A stretch of DNA of 64,000 nt. It comes from Sphagnum compactum (lineage: Eukaryota). The stretch's first letter is position 1, and every line of letters begins with the position of its first letter. The stretch spans positions 16,792,213-16,856,212 of the forward strand of contig OZ234493.1 in the NCBI GenBank assembly GCA_965153455.1. The letters are read 5' to 3'. This document shows, in pieces, positions 56,964-64,000 of the stretch. Position numbers and translations under genes: made by a program. Under the pieces are notes generated by a model. That model saw only the letters and a list, made by a program, of their open reading frames with translations, made no database searches and was not told the DNA's origin.

Positions 56964-57792
56964 ATGGCAGTGCGTCACCGTCTTATCCTCGAGTCGCGTC
57001 CATTAGGACATATTGTGACTTGTGGTCAGGGAGCGCTAGCAACTTCTTAGCGTGGAAAAGGTTGGGCCACCAGCAGCAGCAGCAGCAGCAGCAAGTCAAC
57101 GTGAGACAATTCGGTGGGAATTCCTTCGTAGTGGTGGGATTGTAGGCAGGAGAAGGTCAATGCAAGGTACCCGGATTTTAAGCATAAGATGACGCAGGCC
57201 GCACTCTGGTTTGGGAGCCGAAGAAAAACCCCATAGGTGGAAGCAAAGTTGGCTGCCTTAACACTAGGGAGTCTACAAGTGCACAATTTTTCATGGAATA
57301 GGAGGCTTGCTAGATACGTTAAAGCTGGACAACATGAGAAGACAATTTGAGCTTTTCCAAGAAATGTAACAAAAAGGCATGAGTCTTGACAGCTTTTCTT
57401 TTGTTCCGGTGCTCAATGCATGCGCTTGTTTAGGAGCACTTCAAGAGGGCAGGCAGACTCGTCAACAGATAATTCAAAGTGGTTGTGAGGCTGATGTCTT
57501 TCTGGGGTATAGCTTTGTTCACATGTAGGCCAAATGTAGGAGCTTAAAGGATGCTCGGAGAGTGTACGACAAGATGCCATGTCAAGATGTGGACACTTGG
57601 ACAACCATGATATTCAGACATGTGAGATGCGGTCAAGGGCAGAAGGCGCTAGAACTATTTCAGCAAATGCAACAGGAAGGTGTGCGACCAAATGCTGTTA
57701 CTTTTGTGGGGGTGCTAAAGGCATGTGCCAGCATGGTTGCGCTCAAGGAGGGCAGGTGTGTTCATGAGGAGATTGTTCAAAGTGGATGGGAT
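56964..57792 (+). pseudogene. PLS-class PPR protein pseudogene, truncated
   Basis: PPR motifs FSWN..LARYVKAGQHEK, F.PVLNACACLGALQEGRQ and WTTMI..HV.CGQGQKALELFQQMQQEGVRPNAVTFVGVLKACAS, with stops and frameshifts. No E or DYW domain is seen, and the 5' limit is uncertain. Confidence 0.85.
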
Positions 57793-59339
57793 CTTCTTTT
57801 GCAGAGAGGTTGGTTCATTTATTTTCTATGGGGTTGTTTCATAGTTATTGAGGTTCCCTGATACCCTGAAAATCTTAGTAACATTTTCGGAGTATTGCAT
57901 TTTCATGTCTTTCCAAGGTTCAGTGATGAACATGAAAACTGCCCAAATACTTCTGGTGTGAGCGGCACAAGTTCTTGGATTTGTAAATTTCTAAACATGC
58001 AGAGTTGTTTGTCTTAATCTCAAAGAAGGATATTTTGGAATTTTAAATGGGTATGGGCTGTGGAAAATTTAAATATTTGTGAGAGTGTGTTTGAGTCTTG
58101 GGACAACTCGGCTTCCTTCTCAACTCTTTTCCCTTGGCCTGCCCCAGCCTTAGTCATGAGCCCAAAGTTATGGTCACAACTAAGTTGAGCCCAAATGAGT
58201 TGAGCAAAAAATAGCTCGGTGCAAGTAGACTTGGCAAAATTCAGTACACAAGAATAATTGTGCATATAGTGGGAAGAATATTCCTTAACAACAATTGTGC
58301 AACCTCAAAAAAATTTGAGTTATTTGATTGAAGTTTCAGAAGATTCTAAGCATTGATTGATTGCTGAGTCACATGTCCGAGCTTATGGCATATTGATGGT
58401 TTTCTCACACATACTTGTCACTCAGAATTGCAACATGATTCACCTCCAACATTTGTTACAGAATGTATGAACATGATTGAACCGCAACTTCTTTTCTTAT
58501 CTGCAATCTTTGTATTTACACCACATCTTCATATCTTATGAAGCCTTCTGAACACTTAAAATCGCCTCAAAGTTTTTTATTCTCTGCATCTTTGACTGGT
58601 ATGTGAAGACCACTGATGGAACCAAGTTTGAGTGAACAAACCATGATATGTGTTCTTTGAAGACAATGCATTAAAAGAACTTTCCATCAAACCAGCAGCC
58701 CAAACATTATTTGCAAGTCACTGGAGATGAGCCATGCCAACAAGTGATTGTGTAATTATTACAAGTCACCTCGTGATAATGAACCAAATTCTAATTATGC
58801 TCCTGGATACCACAAATCCTCTTCAGAAACCACCAAAAGTAGATATCTTGTGAAGACATTAGGGTCCGATGATCAAAAGCTAGGTTGCACTTGCAATTCC
58901 TTAAATCACAAAAAAATATAAATTATTTTAAGACTAAAATGATGCACTATTGCTTGCAGCTAGCATGCTACAATTTCACCTTTGTTTCTATAAATCATGT
59001 TGTGGTGGACTTGCACTTGTGGCAAAATGTGTGACATAGAGCAATAATCACAATAAATACCCACTATTACATCTGGGCTGTAATTTCCTTATTCAACTAC
59101 CTTCTGTTCCCTCCATTTCATCATCGGTGTATTTCAATGAGAAGAAATGCAAGCACAAGTGCCACTCATTGAATCACAGAGCCATTCATGTGATCATGAT
59201 ATCACAATGTTGACAAAAGATCCATCACCGTGAAATCAAATCATGTAGTGAATGGAGGTCTGACTGCAGATGGAATAATGATCCATGAGAATTAGTAAAA
59301 TAACTTTTGCAAGCAATATCAAATACTCTAGGAGGTACA

Positions 59340-62300
59340 CTAGGGACTATTGTGATGTCTCTGAGAGCCTTGAGCATTGGAGGTTCTAGAACTGAAGTCT
59401 GTTGATATGTTGTGTCCACTGGAGTCTAATGTGTTGTGGAAACTGTCACAATGCATGCTAGCAGTTTTTGTTGTGCTTAAGTTAAGGTTAGCTTGCTTTT
59501 TTGCTAGATAGTCTTTTCTGATATTCCACAAAACTTCTACTGACTTTTTCATACTTGGCCGATCCTTCTTTGATGGTGCTGAACAAGCAAAAGATAATAC
59601 TGCTAAACGCTCCATAGCACCTAGTGTTGCTCGTGTCTTCTCTATATTGGGATCCAAAACGTCAATCAGATTCCCCTCCACAAAATTCTTGTATACCTAC
59701 AAAACAATCAAGTCTTGGGTCAATTTCTTTAGTGGAACAGACACAAATCAATTTGCTTGATAGTACTCTCATGAACAAGTCCACTTGTGCAAGCCAAATA
59801 CAGAAAGTACCAAGCTTGATTTGATGTTGGATTAATATCCTTCATTTCCTGTTTAGACCACTTGTGATGCCAACTTTGCCCACTACATTTATGAAAGAGT
59901 CAAGCAAATAGACAAGACACAAAATGAATTGTGTGCTCACCCATCTGAAAGTAACCCGCTCGTCACCTGGTCTCTTCAACTCTATGGGGTTCCTACCCGT
60001 GAAAATCTCAACTAAGAGGATACCAAATGAATAAACATCACTTTTTGTAGTCAACTGGTTTGTGGTCAAATATTCTGGATCTAAGTATCCAAGAGTACCC
60101 TTTACTTGAGTGGAAACATGGGTGATACCAACATCAGTTGGACCCACATGGGAAAACCCAAAATCAGCCACCTTTGCACGAAATTTTCCTGTGAGGAGAA
60201 TGTTGGATGACTTCACATCTCTATGTATGATTGGCTTGTCTGCACAAACAAAGGCCAAAGTAAGTCATTTATACAACATCCAAATTAGCTCTCATTGGAC
60301 TCTCAAATAACATGGAGTGTTTTCAGCTGAAGGCAAATAGCGATTGAATCTAAGAATATGGTGTTAGCTAATATGAAAGCATGTGGCTAGTCAAAAGTTG
60401 AATTTGGGGAATTGGGCTTACCAGCATAAAGATGTAGGTAGGTGAGAGCATGGGCAACATCAATAGCAATATCCAATCGCGTACTCATATCCAATGCCAC
60501 TCCATAATTGCCTGCATCCCCAAGCCTTGTGAGCAAGAACAAACTATCTTCTTAAAAAGGGATTCCTCTCTTTCTAAAAACAAACAAATAGATGAAATAT
60601 TGCTCCTATTCTCCTACTATCATGGTTTTGGGGATGAAAGCGAAAAACAGATTTCAAGAAGTGCCACATCTTTAACTTGTAATAGTGAAGTTATTATGCT
60701 ATGATCTCAACATGTTGGAACATATGGCCACTGAGATACCAATTCATGAAACACCGTACTTTTCACATCCATGGTCTTCAGGCCACTCAAAACTTAAAAC
60801 TCTCTTTAGCCCTAAAGAGAAAAATGATGAGCAGTTGTCATACTGTAACAATCAAATAAGATCTTGAATGCTAAGTATGTTCTAGTGCATGCCTACATTA
60901 GATCTTTGAAATTGTAGAGAAATCTTCACAATAACAATTTGAAGTTAACATGACAATGAGTCATAAGCTTTTCAGAGTCACTCACAATGTTAGACCATCA
61001 CCTTCATCGCATATAGTAGTGACAAGGTACCATGACTACCCACTGACTTTGTCAGTTAATTAGCATGTTAGGTAATATAAATAGTTAATAAATATTCTCA
61101 TTCTAACTATGGCAAGCTTGTGAAGCTAACTTGTGAGGGTTAGCTTCATTTCATTTTAGTTCTCCCTGTACAAGCAAGCATCTTATCCTAAGACTTAGAG
61201 GGGCCTACATTAGAGGCATGTACATGAGATGCACGACCCTTTAGAATCTACCCTAGTTTGAAGCTTCAGTCACCAAGACCAAAGGTCACTGCCATTCAAC
61301 CCTTAACATGGAGTGGGCATCACACTCAAGGCTAGTGAAGATTGAAAGAAGTATCAACTATAAGAATTAAGAATACTGTGAAGTAGTGGGACAGTGAGAT
61401 GCATGCAAAGTTCCAAGGTGGACCCATACATGGGAAGTGGGTCTTCCTATGTTGTGTCAAGGGCCGGTCACCCCTTCACTCAGTTGTAAAATCCTCTCCA
61501 CAGGTAAGAGGTATGCCTTAATGCTCTTGCCTGTCATGATTACAGCACATTTGTGCTCTAGTCAATAATTGAAGTCATGAAACCATTAAAATGAGTTACT
61601 TTGATTGCCAATACTGCAGCAGCATATATTAATGCATCACCTTGAAATTATTTATTATGTATTTTATTTTTTGAAGCACAGCAGCAGACCCAACCTGACA
61701 TGTTAACACCCCCAAGTCAGCTCATTGGCAGAGGGCTGGTAAGAGGTTCACCTGCACACCACTGGGTTTGAGAACCCATGACCTTTTTGTGGTCCCAATG
61801 TCCCAGAAGGGGTTATACCAGTGAACCATCACCCCTGAGGACTTCAAACTCATCATTGAGATCGGCAAATCAATTATGCCTTGAGTTTGACAGTGTGGAA
61901 GACTATGCATCACTGACTGCATTGGTTACTGTGCACTATTTGCTACAAGAGGTGACCAAATCTAATCTAAGTTGTATCCCTGACTTTGGGCTTTCAGGTG
62001 CATCAAGTGAGAGGAGCCTCAAAAAAAATTGACATCCATTTATCAACACTTAGGACTGATGTAAACTAGGACCTTGCTGTGTAGGATGTAGGGGGAACAG
62101 AAACAGAAAGAAAATTTGTGGAAATGTGACCAGATCTGAATGTATGTAGGTATATATGTAGAGAGTGTACCATCAAGGTGTTCGCGAAGATTTCCATTGG
62201 GGACATACTCCATTACTAGTATATGCTCATGCTCTGCTTCCAAGTAGCCTATTAGCTTCACTAGATTCAGGTGGTCCACCTGTGAGAGCATGTCCAATTC

Positions 62301-63640
62301 GGTCTTGAACTCAACTGACAGCCTTTTCTCAAACAGATCCTGTCCATGTTACCAAGACCAGTTTGTTAGCTCTTAAACTAGTGGCAGTTCCCTGAATTTT
62401 TAGAACTCATTCATCCCTTCTTCATGAGATGTGTTCTTCTTTATTCTTCTTTAGAACACACTCAACAATGCAACATTGCAGTTCCAACTTCCAACAGTAG
62501 ATAAAAAACAATGCATCTCCTTAAAACCAACTGTGCACTGACTAGTTGAGCTAAACATCTACTCTATAACTTGAGCAGAAACAAATGGAGAGCCTACTGG
62601 CTGACAGAGGAGTATGCTGGAAAAGGCTTTCTCAGAGCCTCATACTACCTTAGTCTTTGAGGTTGTTTCACCTTGTTCCCAAAGTCTAGAAGTATTATAG
62701 TTGGGGTGGAGGAGGAAATTTGTGGTTGAGGCCACCTAGACCCAAAACCTTCAATCACTTTGGGAAAATTTCCAGGTGTCCTACTCGGTGCACTACTGTG
62801 AGGACCAAGACACTTTAAGCATGAGGAAAAAGTTGGGTCATTTCATGGGTGGGATGGGGTTCTTAGTGAAGCAAGAGTTAAAATCTTCCCTACACATCAA
62901 CTTTCCATCAATGTTCAATTCTGCTTTGTTTTACCATGCATATCTCCTTCACTCTTTCTTTCCTTTCTAGCCCAATGTAACCACCAGTCCTCACAAATTT
63001 TTAGAATCAAAACATGAGTTACTTTTTTGCATTTACACTCCCAAATATTATGTATCTGCTTCAAACTCCTCCTTCTGGTGAAAGCTCTCTTTTTTTTTTT
63101 TGGCCTACGAGGAATACTTGAAGGTGCTGCATAATATGGATTAACACAAAGTAGTGTACCTTTTTGGCTCGTTTGATTGCAACAGTCCTACCATCCCTGA
63201 GCTTGCATCGATATACCAACCCAAACCCTCCTTGCCCAATTTTGTTTGACTGAGAAAAATCACCTGTCCCTTTGCTTAGCTCAGCCATCGTGAAAACACT
63301 TGCTCCAGTGGTCTTTTCTTGTAAACTGCTTTTGTACGGATAAGCTTCAGACGCATGTGAACTTGTTGACACAGACCCCAGGCCATGATCTGATACTTCA
63401 GAATGCCCTGCAAAAGAAAAAACAGAACTCATAAAAGCTAAAAATCATTCTATAAAATTTTCATCTAAAGCAGGCAATCAAGCAAATTTTGTGTTTTCAC
63501 CTATTGCCTCTTCTTCATCAATAGCACCTGTGTGAATCCTATTGTCATGATGTGGAGTGCGTATCTTGAAGGCTTTCGTGCTTACCTGGTACATCTGTGG
63601 TATGAGTATGCTGGCATGGGCATACCAATACACATCCCAT
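59340..63640 (-). CDS. Calmodulin-binding receptor-like cytoplasmic kinase (CRCK/RLCK-IV-like), 6 coding exons
   Basis: Exons at ~63640-63586 (MGCVLVCPC..), ~63407-63160 ([15 protein letters not shown]), ~62339-62171 ([22 protein letters not shown]), ~60511-60422 ([16 protein letters not shown]), ~60239-59941 ([18 protein letters not shown]) and ~59696-59340. Phases are consistent and there are no internal stops. Confidence 0.9.
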
Positions 63641-64000
63641 CAGTATTGAAGTACCTCCAATATGTCACACCAATAATCCCTTTTGCCCTCTAAGTTACCA
63701 AAAACCAAAGCTGTGCACACTTCTGCCAGCATGAATGTACTTGCAGAAGTTACTCCAGATCAGAACACATTGTCAAGACTGCTTCCAGTTCAATTCATGA
63801 CTTGAAACCCACATTTGTTTCTCCTTGAGCTTACACCTGCGAAGAAGAATTTAGGTCAGTCCACTTATCAGCCTTCTAAATCAGTGAGTGCATGTAGATG
63901 CATTCTCATGTTGGTAGGCAACCTCTACATCACAGAATGTAGCAAAGGATTTAGGGTTCCCTGACCAAACTGAGGATTGCATGAACTTTGCAGCATATAC

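Overview
AT-rich eukaryotic nuclear DNA with spliceosomal introns, TTTAGGG-type telomeric motifs, LRR-RLK and PLS-PPR sequences. This is a land plant, probably a moss such as Sphagnum (inference). Three genes look intact: a 17-exon LRR receptor-like kinase (14235-22502, -), a CRCK/RLCK-IV-like cytoplasmic kinase (59340-63640, -) and a 3-exon gene (50303-52451, +). The last would encode an organelle-targeted protein whose only recognisable domain is a MatR-like group II intron maturase domain X, with no RT domain, and it is the most unusual item here. It lies head-to-head with a plastid RPL13 copy that is a pseudogene. Other pseudogenes are a doubly deleted tandem copy of the LRR-RLK, casein kinase 1 and a PLS-PPR. 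Mobile DNA includes a 3.4 kb Helitron with a verifiable empty site that has captured exons of a DUF89/At2g17340-like phosphatase gene, a gag-only LTR retrotransposon, and many MITEs. About 15 kb (24.7-39.4 kb) is a mosaic of old local duplications with no identifiable product. All splice models and family calls were made by eye, without alignment tools.
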